Origin: Antechinus flavipes
Lineage: Eukaryota
Direction of reading: 5' to 3'
Assembly (NCBI RefSeq): GCF_016432865.1
Contig: NC_067398.1
Span: forward strand, 295,120,001 to 295,184,000
DNA length: 64,000 nt
A program made the position numbers and the translations under genes. Positions 51,701 through 60,710 of the stretch are shown here, one piece after another. Each line of letters opens with the position of its first letter. The first letter of the stretch is position 1. The notes beneath the pieces were generated by a model that was not told where the DNA came from, searched no databases, and was given only the letters and a program-made list of their open reading frames with translations.

Positions 51701-54700
51701 GTCTCAAGATCTCAGAGGAGATGGGATCAAAGACATCAGTAGAAGGATTTACTTCAATATACTGAGGTTGCATTGTCCTCTGAGAAATGCGAAAAGGAGG
51801 AGTAAATGATAATGAGTGGAAAGTTGTGAGCAATGGAGGAAGATCCTGTTAGATGTCCTCATTCTTTTCAGTAAAGAAGAAACCAGGTTATCAGCTTGAA
51901 GTGTGGGGAAGGAAAGTGTTTAAGCTTTTAAATAGTCTGGTGTAGCAATGAAATAGGTAGTCAATAAGGGTAAAGGAGAAATGTTGTAAAGCATTGTTGA
52001 ATATCCAGATGAAGTTTAGTGTCTTTATTCTAAGTAAAAATCAGCTTGATTTCTGTGACTTTGTTCAGTGAAGATGAATAACATTTATAGAGAATGAAGT
52101 AGCGGAAGTTTAAAGTTATGAGTGAAAATTACTAGACAGGAAGCAAAAGATGGTTGGAGATGGAGCTGGGCTTTTTAGAGTGGCTGTGTATGTAGATGGA
52201 TTCTAGGTTGGTTATGATGACAAGAATCTTGTTGGAGATGGACTGTTGTAAAGAACAGACAGTCCATCAAATATCATCATGAGAACAAAGAGGAGGTTTA
52301 TTGTGAGGACAGGAAGTTGTGATAAGAGAATAAAAATTTTTTGAGTTTGCTATCTTTAAGGCAAACCATTTCCAAGAGATACTCAGGTCTGAAGTGCAAC
52401 CCTTCCCATGTGTGACTAAAGTGAATTGTTTAGAAAGAGGATCTAAGATACAAAGTTGGGTAATTGTGGAGTCCAAATATTAAAGGAGACATGAAAGTTA
52501 ATATTGAAATTTTTGAAAGTGTTAACAGGATATATGATAGAAAGGAATGCCAGATGCCCCATCAGTAGTGAGGAAGTTGATAGTAACCAGAGATTGGTAG
52601 ATGGCAGCAATGGGCATATCTTTTCATCTAAACTCATATTTATTGCTGCTACTTTAAATGTAGTAATATATAGGAGGCTGTTGACATAGCATTAATTCAC
52701 AAATGATGCTTAGGAAAAATAAGAAGAATCTAAAATTTCCCAAGAAAAATTGCTCAGGGATAATTTTTTACTTTATTTGTGAAACTTTTCATTGTATTTT
52801 CTAAATAGACCTTTAAAAGTTCTTGTTCCTTTTTAAATTAGATTATTTTAGGTTTCTGGACTGAGAGCCTGTACCTTCTTAATTTCTCTGAGAGATTTTC
52901 TCTTTTTTGTGTGTCAAAGAGAAAGGGATAAAGCGTTGTTTAGGACTCTTTATACATAGAATTTTTCAAATAGGAATTGTGACTTTTCTCAGAGCTCTAA
53001 TCACTATTGATAGTCTCTTGAGGAAGTGAGTAATAACATGGACATTTCTGATTCAAAGATTATTAAATAAAAGTTTTATCCCTGCAGCTTGGCTTACCTT
53101 TATCCTGCTTGTGTCGTGTACCTTGTAATACTATGTTTGGATCCCAACATCAGATGGTAAGTTTAAAAAAGTCTTTAGTCAATTAATTTTGAAGAATAGT
53201 AATGAATCTTGTTTTTAAACTTTGTCTACATGATAGTTTTTCCACTAGGTTTCCATACTTTTTTTTTGGCTTATCAACTATAATTTTTATTTATATACTA
53301 TCTCTTTTTATTTATACCTGAAAAACTCAATATTTGGGTGATTAAGGCTTCCTTCTCTGCTTGTGTATATTTATGAATATGGTATGAATTAGCTGAAAAA
53401 CTCATGATTCTTAAGAATTCTTGACTTTTTCTTTTTAAAAACTAAGATTCCTACATTACTAGGACATGGGAGATCAAATCAGTATGGGCATTTCCTTCAA
53501 AAAGTCTGTGCAGTTTAAAAAAAAATTGTCAGCTTTGAAAGACTTAGGAACTCTTATCAATACAATAATTAACACTCTTTGAAGGAACTAATGACTGCTC
53601 ACAGCCAAACATTGAGGCTGTGAATTTAGGATATAGAATGAGACATTATTTTAGACATTTTTTAGTCATTTGGGGAATTTGTTTTGCTTTACTGCTCATA
53701 TTTGTTAACAGTATTTTTGTTTTTCTTTTTTTTTTCCCCATGGATAGCTGATGGAACAGATAAATACTTGAAATAATTTAAAAAATATTAACATTGTTAA
53801 TGAGTTAGCAAGCATGATGGCTTAAAATCAGATTTCTTAATTCTGATCTTTGAAGTATATCCTCCTGTTTCTTAGAAGTGAATTCTAAAACTAAACATTA
53901 ACTAAGAACTTGTTAGAACAGATTTTTTTTTAAAGGCAATTTTATTATTCATTTCACTTGCCTCAGTGAAGTAGTCTCAGAGAAATTATCCTGACTGTAC
54001 CCTTGGAAAATTATTCTCTTGTAGCTGTATTTTTTATTTATCTAGCATTTATTATTTCTTCATTATTCAGTGTCTTACAGAAAAAAACAAAAAAAATTAT
54101 TTCCATATTAATTCTCTGATTTTCAAAAAGAAATTAAAAAAAGTCTCCATTCGTCCTTCATTCCTTCCATTGCTTCCTCCATTCTTATGGAGGAAGCATT
54201 AAGAATTTAGTCATAGTATTAACTTTAAGAATGCTATCTTCCATTTTAAGAATCTGTAGTTCTCTAATTCTGCAACTTTTCTGTTCTGTGCCTAATTTTT
54301 GGTTCTTTTGTGTGTGTGTGACAGGATGTTGCTTTATTGGACAGATTAATTAAAGATGATGTGGAGAATGAAAAATTGCCCCTATTGCTTGTTGCAAATG
54401 CTGGTAGGTATTTCGAATTCAAGGCTTCCATTTTGAATATATGAATAAATAAATGTTGCTGATTTTTAGGTATTGAATAATAGTAGCAAGTATTTTATAT
54501 AGTGTTTTTAGTTTTGTAAAGCAGTTTAAAACTATTATTTTGTTTTACTCTCATAATGATCCTGAAATATAGGTGCAATCATTATACCCATTTAGAGATG
54601 AGGAAATTGAGTCAGAGATTAAGTAGCTTGCCCATGACCACAAAGCAATTAAGTGTCTGAGGTTGAATTTGAACTCAGGTTTTCATGACTCCACTGATAT

Positions 54701-57700
54701 GCTATTCACCACGTCTTAGATGCCTTAAAAAACACAATATACTAAGTGTATATGATGAGTCTACATTAGAATTTCAGTGAGAAAAACAATGTTTAGGATA
54801 GATTATTGTTAAATACTTTGGTCACATTTGTTAACGCGTCTGGGAGATAATATAAATGCTCCCAAATGTAAACCCCAAATTTAGAGAGCTTCACAGAAAA
54901 ATAAGAAATAATTTGTAATCACAAGGATTTAGACTTCTGCTAAAAATGTGTGCAAATTAGAATATAATAAATACACTAAATATCAAAGTACTTCTAATGT
55001 TCAGAGGAGAAAGATTACTTACATATTGGGATATCAATACAGACTTTGTGGAGGAGTGATATTTGCAGTTTGACATTAAATGATGGTTATTCAGCAAGCA
55101 GAAGTTTTGGTGAAGACAAGGAGTCCATTCAGTGTTTAGTCAATTCTCACTTAACCTAAGTGGACCATTCTGCAGACTTTCCCTTCCCTTCATAGAGCTC
55201 TGTTGACCCCTCAGTACTTTGCAGAGGGGCTTCAGTGCAACCCATGGTTCCCTTGGTTTTAATTCCTGGAGCATCTGAGGCTGGACTTAATTCCTCTCTT
55301 CCTCTTCTCTCTATCCCCCACTCCCCACCCCTCCCTGGGAACTGGATCCAGTGCTGGGATCCTGCTGACATACCTGCCTTTCCCCCTCAAGTCCGCCAAA
55401 TTTGCATAATGTGAATTTATAGAAAACCAGAATTGTATGTATAAGGAAATTTGAGGAAAGGGACAAAAGTGAGACACTACTGTCTAGTTTGACTGGAACG
55501 TAGAGAACTTGAAGGAATGAAATGTAAGAAAAAGTAACAAATCAGAGCCCAATTTTGAGGGCCAAGCTGAGAAGTTTGTCTAATGAATATAAACCCTTTG
55601 AGGACAGGTACTGATTCATTTTTGTCTTTGTATACCTAGAATTAATCACTGCTTTCTACATAATAGGTATTTAATAAATGTTCAAATTGAGTCCTAATGA
55701 CTTTAGGGAGCCACTTATCCTTTAAGCCAGGAAATGATTTCTTGAGCTATATATTAGAAAGATTAATCTGAAGTAGTATGTGGTAGGATAGATTGGCAGG
55801 ATAGCGATAATAGATAGAAAGTTATAGAATACTCAGAATTTTAGTGTCATAAATTTAGAGCTGAAATGGACCTTAGAGATTATCTCATTCACTCCCTCTT
55901 TTTGCAGATGAGGAAGTTGAGGCCCTATGGAGGGGCCTATTTGGTCCCAGGCTTTGTGGGTAGTCATAGATTTAGAGTTGGAAGGTCTCTTCATTCTAAA
56001 ACCACTACTCTTTCTCTTATATCAGGACAGCCTGAAATGGGTTGCATACTTCAAAAAGAAGTAATTAATTTAGGAGAGATTGTGGAAATAAAGGTAATAG
56101 AACTGGTTGAATGATTGGCTATGAAAGGAAAAGGAGGAGTCAAATATAATTCTATATTGAATTTAAGTGACTAGGGAGATGGTGGTCAGATTAGCAGAAT
56201 AAGGAAGTTAGAGAAGAGAGAAAGATCATGTGTTTGGTTTTGACTTAGGACATCCTGATAGAGACATTCATTAGACAATAGGAAATATGGTCCTGTAGTT
56301 CAGGATGGTATTCAGATAATATAGACATCATAGTTGAAAAGTTGTCCCCATTGATTTTGGCTCTCTTTGTATTCTTTTCATTGGTGCTCTCAATTGCTCC
56401 CACAGCCTCATAAGTCTTAATTCTAGCCCTGGATAGAGGAGATAATATCAGCTAATATTATGAGTATAGAGAAGAGAAAAGAGCCAAGAATAATGGAGAA
56501 TTTTACATCATTTTTGAAGAGATTATATAAGTATGTAAGAAAAATTAATAGAGGTGTTGAGGTTGGGAAGGAATCCCAAAAGGTTGGGGGTCATAGACCT
56601 GTATTACAGGTGTCTCAAAAGAATTTGCAGATTTGAATCCATGTCTAAGTTAAGGAGCAAAGTTTATTATAATTGTAATGCCAGTTGAAGAGGTCTAAAT
56701 TCCAAGAGAATTTAGCAAAGGAACAGAAGCAAGGAGACACATTTATCTAGTCCTTCATGTTACTGGTATGTTCATTTTATGGCCTAGAGGTAGAACCAAG
56801 GTCTCAAGAATTTGGTTATTACTGACCAATAGATAGGACTGTTAGAACAGAGATCTCAGGATCATTAATATGTCTTCCCTAAAGCCTAAGGGAAGGAATA
56901 TTATATTCCTAGTCCAGAGGACTTTTATAATCATTGACAGAACAATAGCATTCTTAGATCAGAGAGCCTCAGGATCCAATTCCAAAGCTCAATTTTTTCT
57001 AAATCTAAATTAAGATTATAATCTCATTCTCTAAATGAGGTTTAGAATCACTGACAAAACAAGCCCCCTAAAATTATTGCTATCTCCTCTATAAGCTATA
57101 TTATATCAGAGGAAATTTTTTTTAATTTTTATTTATTTTTATTTTTTATTTTTTAAATTTTATTTTATTTAATAATAACTATATTGACAGAATCCATGCC
57201 AGGGTAATTTTTTACAACATTATCTCTTGCACTCGCTTATGTTTCGATTTTTCCCCTCCCTCCCTCCCTCCATCCGCTCCCCAAGATGGCAAGCAGTCCT
57301 ATATATGTTAGATATGTTGCAGTATATCCTAGATACAATACATATTTGCAGAACCGAACAGTTCTCCTGTTGCACAGGGAGAATTGGATTCAGAAGGCAA
57401 AAATAACTCGGGAAGAAAATCAAAAATGCAAATAGTTCACATTCGTTTCCCAGTGTTCCTTCTTTGGGTGTAGCTGTTTCTGTCCATCATTTATCAATTG
57501 AAACTCAGTTAGGTCTCTTTGTCAAAGAAATCCACTTCCATCAGAATATGTCCTCATACAGTATCGTTGTCGAAGTGTATAATGATCTCCTGGTTCTGCT
57601 CATTTCACTCAGCATCAGTCCATGTAGGTCTCTCCAAGCCTCTCTGTATTCATCCTGCTGGTCATTCCTTACAGAGCAATAATATTCCATAACATTCATA

Positions 57701-60541
57701 TACCACAGTTTACCCAGCCATTCTCCAATTGATGGGCATCCATTCATTTTCCAGTTTCTAGCCACTACAAAGAGGGCTGCTACAAACATTTTGGCACATA
57801 CAGGTCCCTTTCCCTTTTTTAGTATCTCTTTGGGGTATAAGCCCAGTAGTAGCATTGCTGGATCAAAGGGTATGCACAATTTGATAACTTTTTGGGTATA
57901 ATTCCAGATTGTTCTCCAGAATGGTTGGGTTCGTTCACAACTCCACCAGCAATGCATCAGTGTCCCAGTTTTCCCGCATCCCCTCCAAAATTCATCATTA
58001 TTTTTTCCTGTCATCTTAGCTAATCTGACAGGTGTGTAGTAGTATCTCAGAGTTGTCTTAATTTTCATTTCTCTGATCAATAGTGATTTGGAACACCCTT
58101 TCATATGAGTGGTAATAGTTTCAATTTCATCCTCTGAAAATTGTCTGTTCATATCCTTTGACCATTTATCAATTGGAGAATGACTTGGTTTCTTATAAAT
58201 TAGGGTCAGTTCTCTATATATTTTGGCAATGAGGCCTTTATCAGAACCTTTAACTGTAAAGATGTTTTCCTAGTTTGTTGCTTCCCTTCTAATCTTGTTT
58301 GCATTAGTGTTGTTTGTACAAAGGCTTTTTAATTTGATATAATCAAAATTTTCTATTTTGTGATCAGTAATGGTCTCTAGTTCATCTTTGGTCACAAATT
58401 TCTTTCTCCTCAGAGCAAATATTTAAAATATCTAAGAGAACAAGTTGAGACAAACCATTGTATTACTAATTATAAATGTTTTCTTACCTATTTATTCCAG
58501 TAGGTCTCTTAAGAACTTTTATTAGGTGACCTTCTGGTAACCTAATTTTAGTTACTATATGTAAGAATAGCTAGTTTTTATATGGCATTTTAAAATTTAC
58601 AAAACATTTTGCATTATCTTATTTGAGCTTCATAACAGCTCTATAAAGTAGGTACAACACATGCCATTTCCATTTTGGTGATATGGAAACTAGAGGTTCA
58701 AATAAATTAAATGACTTGCCCATACTCATGTATAGGAAGTGTTAGAAACAGAATTTAAGTTATTACTGACTCCTCCAACACTTGATTCATTAAGAAAATG
58801 TGCATTTCTTTTTAAATGTTTTAGAATTCAGACTTTTCACAAATTGCTTAAATGCTATACTTCCTCCCAGTAAATACTAATAGTAGCTCTTAAGTAATGT
58901 TAAATAGATTTGAAAGTCTTATGATTTCAATTAGTGAAGTATTTGTCTTTCTGGAGGAAAATTTTGTTGCTGAAGTTTATATAAAATACATGCTTTGTAT
59001 AACTTGAAATATACTATGTTAAATTTGGGCTAACATTCTTAATTATTATTGAAGAAATAAGAGGAGATACTGGTTATTAGCAAGTAGTTATTGTAATTGA
59101 TTAGTAGTAATTAAAGATAAAGAATCAGAATCTTAACAGGTTATTTTTCCTTCATTGTAGGTACCCCAGGAGCAGGACACACAGATAAGCTGGGACGTTT
59201 GAAAGAACTTTGTAACCAGCATAATATGTGGCTCCATGTGGAGGGGTAAGTAGAATAAACTCCTTGAAGCCTAGCTTAAGGCTTCTATCTTCCCTATCAA
59301 TTTGTAATGATACAAAATAAAATATACAAAGGTATTTTTTTCATTTCTCTAGGCAAGAAAAGAAAGTTGAAAGACTTTTCTATAAAGATAATACCATTCT
59401 AATTTTATCCTTCACGTGAGAAAAGTTTTGATTAAAATTCATTTTCAAGGTTTTGTCTAAAGTGTGAGTTTTTAAGTCTTTTTGGTGTGTCATGGCTGTG
59501 TGGTGAACTCAGAATAATGACTTTATATAAATTAAATCATGTCTTCTTGTAAAGTTACAAGGAATAAACTGATAAGTTATTTAAGCCAACAACAGACAAG
59601 AAAAGGTGTTAAAAAGCTTTAACAAATAAGCTATATAATTGGTTGGTAAATTTCTATTTTCTTTTTCAGAGTGAATTTAGCAACTTTGGCATTAGGCTAC
59701 ATTTCCTCTTCAGTACTGGTATGTTATTTTACTAAATGATAAGAGAAAAGAAGTCAGCTCCTTAAAAAGAGCTTTCCTTTTAATAATTGCTATTGTCTGC
59801 CTCTTGACCTTTTTTAATGGAGAGGTTTTTAAATTTTAAACTCTGATTCTGGATAAATAGCAATGAATTCTTCTCTTTTTGGTAGGCTGCAACCAAATGT
59901 GACAGTATGACTCTGACTCTGGGCCCATGGCTAGGCTTGCCAGCTGTTCCCGCAGTAACACTTTACAGGCATGAAGATCCTTCTTTGGTAAGCTTATTTA
60001 CATGGTCAGTTTTTAAAATGCTATTTAGGTTATACTGCAACATATCTAACATATATAGGACTGCTTGCCATCTAGGGGTGGGGGTGGAGGGAGGGAGGGG
60101 AAAAATCAGAACAGAAGCAAGTGCAAGGAATAATGTTGTAAAAAAAATTACCCTGGCATGGATTTGGTCAATATAAAGTTATTATTAAATAAAATAAAAT
60201 TTTAAAAAAATAAAAAATTTTTAAAAATGCTATTTAGGTGCTAGGAACTTTCAAAAATTAAAATCCAGAGAATTCCTGTTTATGGTTTATTTAGAAAAAA
60301 GAACTGTAAAACAAACTCCATTTAGGTTATCTTCTAACACTTAATTTTGTATTTTATTGATAATGTGTTGAATATTGTTATGGATTCTCATATAATAATT
60401 TTTTTTTTCCTTTAGTCACTGGTTGCAGGACTTACATCAAGTCAACCAGTGGAGAAACTTCGTGCCTTACCACTGTGGTTATCTTTACAGTACTTGGGAC
60501 TTGATGGGATTGTGGAAAGAATCAAACGTGCCTCTCAGTTG
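21720..60541 (+). CDS. PDXDC1: PDXDC1 (pyridoxal-dependent decarboxylase domain-containing protein 1), 5' part; join of 12 coding exons, 363 codons, gene continues past the window
   Basis: Exons 21720-21740, 42197-42270, 42807-42872, 48778-48858, 49770-49916, 50751-50940, 53088-53156, 54325-54403, 59161-59245, 59670-59718, 59886-59987, 60416-60541 join in one frame with GT-AG introns. Translation MDISLEK-MVDPTLAEMGKNLNEAMKMLEDNQR...QYLGLDGIVERIKRASQL matches human PDXDC1 (MDASLEKIADPTLAEMGKNL...QYLGLDGFVERIKHACQL) as I recall it. Confidence 0.97.
24604..24815 (+). mobile_element. WSINE1-type CORE-SINE with an internal 49-bp tandem duplication
   Basis: tRNA-like A and B boxes, A-rich tail, TSD AGGTGCTTGATTA (24591-24603 and 24816-24828). 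Confidence 0.92.
25234..25901 (-). mobile_element. Solo LTR in PDXDC1 intron 1, antisense
   Basis: Minus strand begins TGTTGGAATCCTTACAAAG. LTR-like internal composition and short repeats; degenerate poly(A) signal (AACAAA). The other terminus is mutated and the TSD is not resolved. Confidence 0.7.
26133..26510 (+). mobile_element. Solo LTR (378 bp), class II-like
   Basis: TG...CA termini with perfect 6-bp TSD GCTAGT (26127-26132 and 26511-26516); internal repeat aatggttc(t/c)ctagttcacata. Strand is inferred. Confidence 0.85.
27374..27516. other. Assembly gap (N run)
   Basis: N characters. Confidence 1.
28700..29160 (-). mobile_element. Old L1-type 3' fragment
   Basis: Homologous to 525-1110 and 36780-37130. 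Confidence 0.7.
29788..29948 (-). mobile_element. WSINE1-type SINE with a long T tail
   Basis: Reverse complement of the 24604 consensus; TSD aac(c/t)catctt. Confidence 0.9.
30130..30850 (+). mobile_element. Old L1 3' fragment with an expanded CT-rich microsatellite (~30590-30730)
   Basis: ttgacccagcaata...aagaattggaaactgagg... L1 ORF2-end similarity. Confidence 0.7.
31215..31425 (+). mobile_element. MIR
   Basis: CORE ctcaatttcctcatctataaaatgggaagaataatagcaccc. Confidence 0.8.
32030..33070 (+). mobile_element. RTE 3' end interrupted by the L1 at 32352-33011
   Basis: aaagcaatggaaaggc...ggatgtcattagagaaatg...gctgatcatgtagcaaga on the left, tail continues after the L1. Confidence 0.7.
32352..33011 (-). 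mobile_element. 5'-truncated L1 (second subfamily) nested in an RTE tail
   Basis: ORF 32754..33044 is the L1 ORF2 end; TSD CTGTATAGAGA (32341-32351 and 33012-33022). Confidence 0.92.
34050..34590 (+). mobile_element. RTE RT fragment, highly decayed
   Basis: gactacatcttgatcattacatggttgacagaaaaatgcagaaaat...aaaaaagcatttga (DHIF.IT.L.EKCRE...KKAFD). Confidence 0.65.
35270..35612 (-). mobile_element. Two antisense WSINE/Mar-type SINE fragments
   Basis: gaatttgaactcaggtcctcctgact B-box words at ~35390 and ~35560. Confidence 0.7.
36100..37130. mobile_element. Old L1 fragments in both orientations around an AT-rich tract
   Basis: L1 ORF2-end words (ccactctccaat..ataaattggcaaag; ttggagaatggttaaacaaatt) on +; 3' UTR piece on - (36780-37130). 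Confidence 0.65.
37330..38100 (+). mobile_element. CR1/L3 3' fragment
   Basis: aaatttaatgagaataaatgtaaaatattccacttg, ttagtggactgcaagcttaatg and L3-like tail. Confidence 0.7.
38820..39150 (+). mobile_element. RTE-clade 3' end (second family)
   Basis: KDTLK..L....LAQD.PAW..LI.EG and IGLISH-like C-terminal remnant. Confidence 0.65.
39330..41470 (+). mobile_element. L2 fragment (RT to 3' region) hosting nested SINE and L1
   Basis: Pyrimidine-rich L2 sense strand; tcatccaactgaaac..tctctccaaa; aactcattgtcattcctccc. Confidence 0.75.
40487..41298 (+). mobile_element. 5'-truncated L1 nested in a MIR-like SINE inside an L2
   Basis: L1 ORF2 end, 3' UTR and A-tail; TSD AAAATACTTAGCATA (40472-40486 and 41299-41313). 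Confidence 0.92.
42197..42270 (+). CDS. PDXDC1: PDXDC1 exon 2 (MVDPTLAEMGKNLNEAMKMLEDNQR)
   Basis: ttag| acceptor, |gtaggc donor, 74 nt, protein match. Confidence 0.96.
42736..42800. repeat. (AT)~25 microsatellite plus T14 in the exon 3 acceptor
   Basis: Read directly. Confidence 0.97.
42807..42872 (+). CDS. PDXDC1: PDXDC1 exon 3 (KAEEENEKKYAPRDIPGPLQGS)
   Basis: T14-aattag| acceptor, |gtaggt donor, 66 nt, phase 2-2. Confidence 0.95.
42930..43230 (-). mobile_element. Old L1 3' UTR fragment
   Basis: Similar to 28800-29030 and 36800-37030. Confidence 0.6.
43260..46540 (+). mobile_element. Cluster of two to three L2 fragments
   Basis: ORF 43997..44242 DFQPHHSTEIAL..V.SD.LVAKSNGLFLVLILFDLS..FD is the L2 RT signature; L2 3' tails near 45240 and 46530. 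Confidence 0.85.
46880..47140 (-). mobile_element. MIR/Mar-type SINE
   Basis: cccattttatagataaggaaactgagg CORE (antisense). Confidence 0.75.
47413..47849 (+). mobile_element. Young solo LTR (437 bp) in PDXDC1 intron 3, sense
   Basis: TGTAATGG...CATCACA termini, 6-bp TSD gataga/aataga (one mismatch), AATAAA at 47778-47783, retained CpGs, three internal cttcacctc repeats. Confidence 0.85.
48778..48858 (+). CDS. PDXDC1: PDXDC1 exon 4 (GQDMVSILQLVQNLMHGDDDEEPQCSR)
   Basis: Polypyrimidine-ctag| acceptor, |gtattg donor, 81 nt. Confidence 0.96.
49770..49916 (+). CDS. PDXDC1: PDXDC1 exon 5 (LQNVGEQGHMALLGHSLAAYISVLDREKLRKLTTRILSDTTLWLCRLFR)
   Basis: Lies within ORF 49708..49920; atag| and |gtaagg sites; 147 nt. 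Confidence 0.97.
50211..50500. repeat. ~139-bp direct tandem duplication with a 17-bp duplicated junction
   Basis: 50211-50349 and 50364-50500 are near identical (2-nt indel). Confidence 0.95.
50751..50940 (+). CDS. PDXDC1: PDXDC1 exon 6 (YENGSAYYHEDDREGLLKICRLVIHTRYEDYTVEGFNVLYNRQPVIYISAACRPGLGQFLCNQ)
   Basis: tttcag| acceptor, |gtaaga donor, 190 nt. Confidence 0.97.
51040..52320 (-). mobile_element. L2 fragment, antisense
   Basis: Purine-rich + strand; reverse complement resembles the L2 RT/tether region. Confidence 0.65.
53088..53156 (+). CDS. PDXDC1: PDXDC1 exon 7 (LGLPLSCLCRVPCNTMFGSQHQM)
   Basis: ctgcag| acceptor, |gtaagt donor, 69 nt. Confidence 0.96.
54325..54403 (+). CDS. PDXDC1: PDXDC1 exon 8 (DVALLDRLIKDDVENEKLPLLLVANAG)
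   Basis: (TG)6-acag| acceptor, |gtaggt donor, 79 nt. Confidence 0.96.
54500..54725 (-). mobile_element. MIR/Mar-type SINE
   Basis: cccatttagagatgaggaaattgag..ttgaactcagg. Confidence 0.75.
55490..56500 (-). mobile_element. L2 fragments with an embedded MIR3-like SINE (~55860-55990)
   Basis: gatgattggctatgaaagg..gaggagtcaa; ggagatggtgg; L2-like purine-rich pattern. Confidence 0.55.
56555..57100 (-). mobile_element. Possible old LTR fragment, cut by the adjacent L1
   Basis: LTR-like composition and AATAAA on the minus strand (~56663); termini not established. Confidence 0.3.
57121..58409 (-). mobile_element. Young 5'-truncated L1 in intron 8, antisense
   Basis: ORF 57541..58152 is the L1 ORF2 C-terminus; degenerate TSD tcagag(g/c)aaat(t/a)ttt (57106-57120 and 58410-58424). 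Confidence 0.95.
58560..58770 (-). mobile_element. MIR
   Basis: gcattttaaaatttacaaaacattttgcattatcttatttgagcttcataac CORE-type. Confidence 0.7.
59161..59245 (+). CDS. PDXDC1: PDXDC1 exon 9 (TPGAGHTDKLGRLKELCNQHNMWLHVEG)
   Basis: tgtag| acceptor, |gtaagt donor, 85 nt. Confidence 0.96.
59670..59718 (+). CDS. PDXDC1: PDXDC1 exon 10 (VNLATLALGYISSSVL)
   Basis: tttcag| acceptor, |gtatgt donor, 49 nt. Confidence 0.95.
59886..59987 (+). CDS. PDXDC1: PDXDC1 exon 11 (AATKCDSMTLTLGPWLGLPAVPAVTLYRHEDPSL)
   Basis: ggtag| acceptor, |gtaagc donor, 102 nt; frame matches ORF 59907..60176. Confidence 0.96.
60031..60223 (+). mobile_element. Young L1 3' end (193 bp) in intron 11, sense
   Basis: Same L1 3' UTR as 18330-19289; perfect 16-bp TSD AAAATGCTATTTAGGT (60015-60030 and 60224-60239). 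Confidence 0.95.
60416..60541 (+). CDS. PDXDC1: PDXDC1 exon 12 (SLVAGLTSSQPVEKLRALPLWLSLQYLGLDGIVERIKRASQL)
   Basis: tttag| acceptor, |gtgagt donor, 126 nt. Confidence 0.96.
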
Positions 60542-60561
60542 GTGAGTAGATTAGTTAGGTC

Positions 60562-60710
60562 AGGGGACAGTTAGGTGGCATAGCGGATAGAGTACCAGCC
60601 ATGAAGTCAAGAGGACCTGAGTTCAAATCTGGCCTCAGACAATTAACATTTCCTGGCTTTGTGACCCTGGGCAAGTCATTTAACCCCATTTGCCTCAAGG
60701 AGAGAAAAAA
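60562..60710 (+). mobile_element. WSINE1-type SINE 20 nt downstream of the exon 12 donor
   Basis: TSD AGATTA(G/A)TTAGGTC (60548-60561 and 60711-60724). Confidence 0.9.

Noticed and set aside
55150-55480. GC-richer island with an octamer ATTTGCAT embedded in L2 remnants
   Set aside because: Probably a DNA-transposon or LTR fragment, but I could not find termini, a TSD or coding similarity, so it is left uncalled.
57541-58152. 203-aa ORF (and similar ones at 18442, 32754, 40506)
   Set aside because: These are L1 ORF2 C-terminal fragments inside TSD-bounded, 5'-truncated insertions, not host genes.
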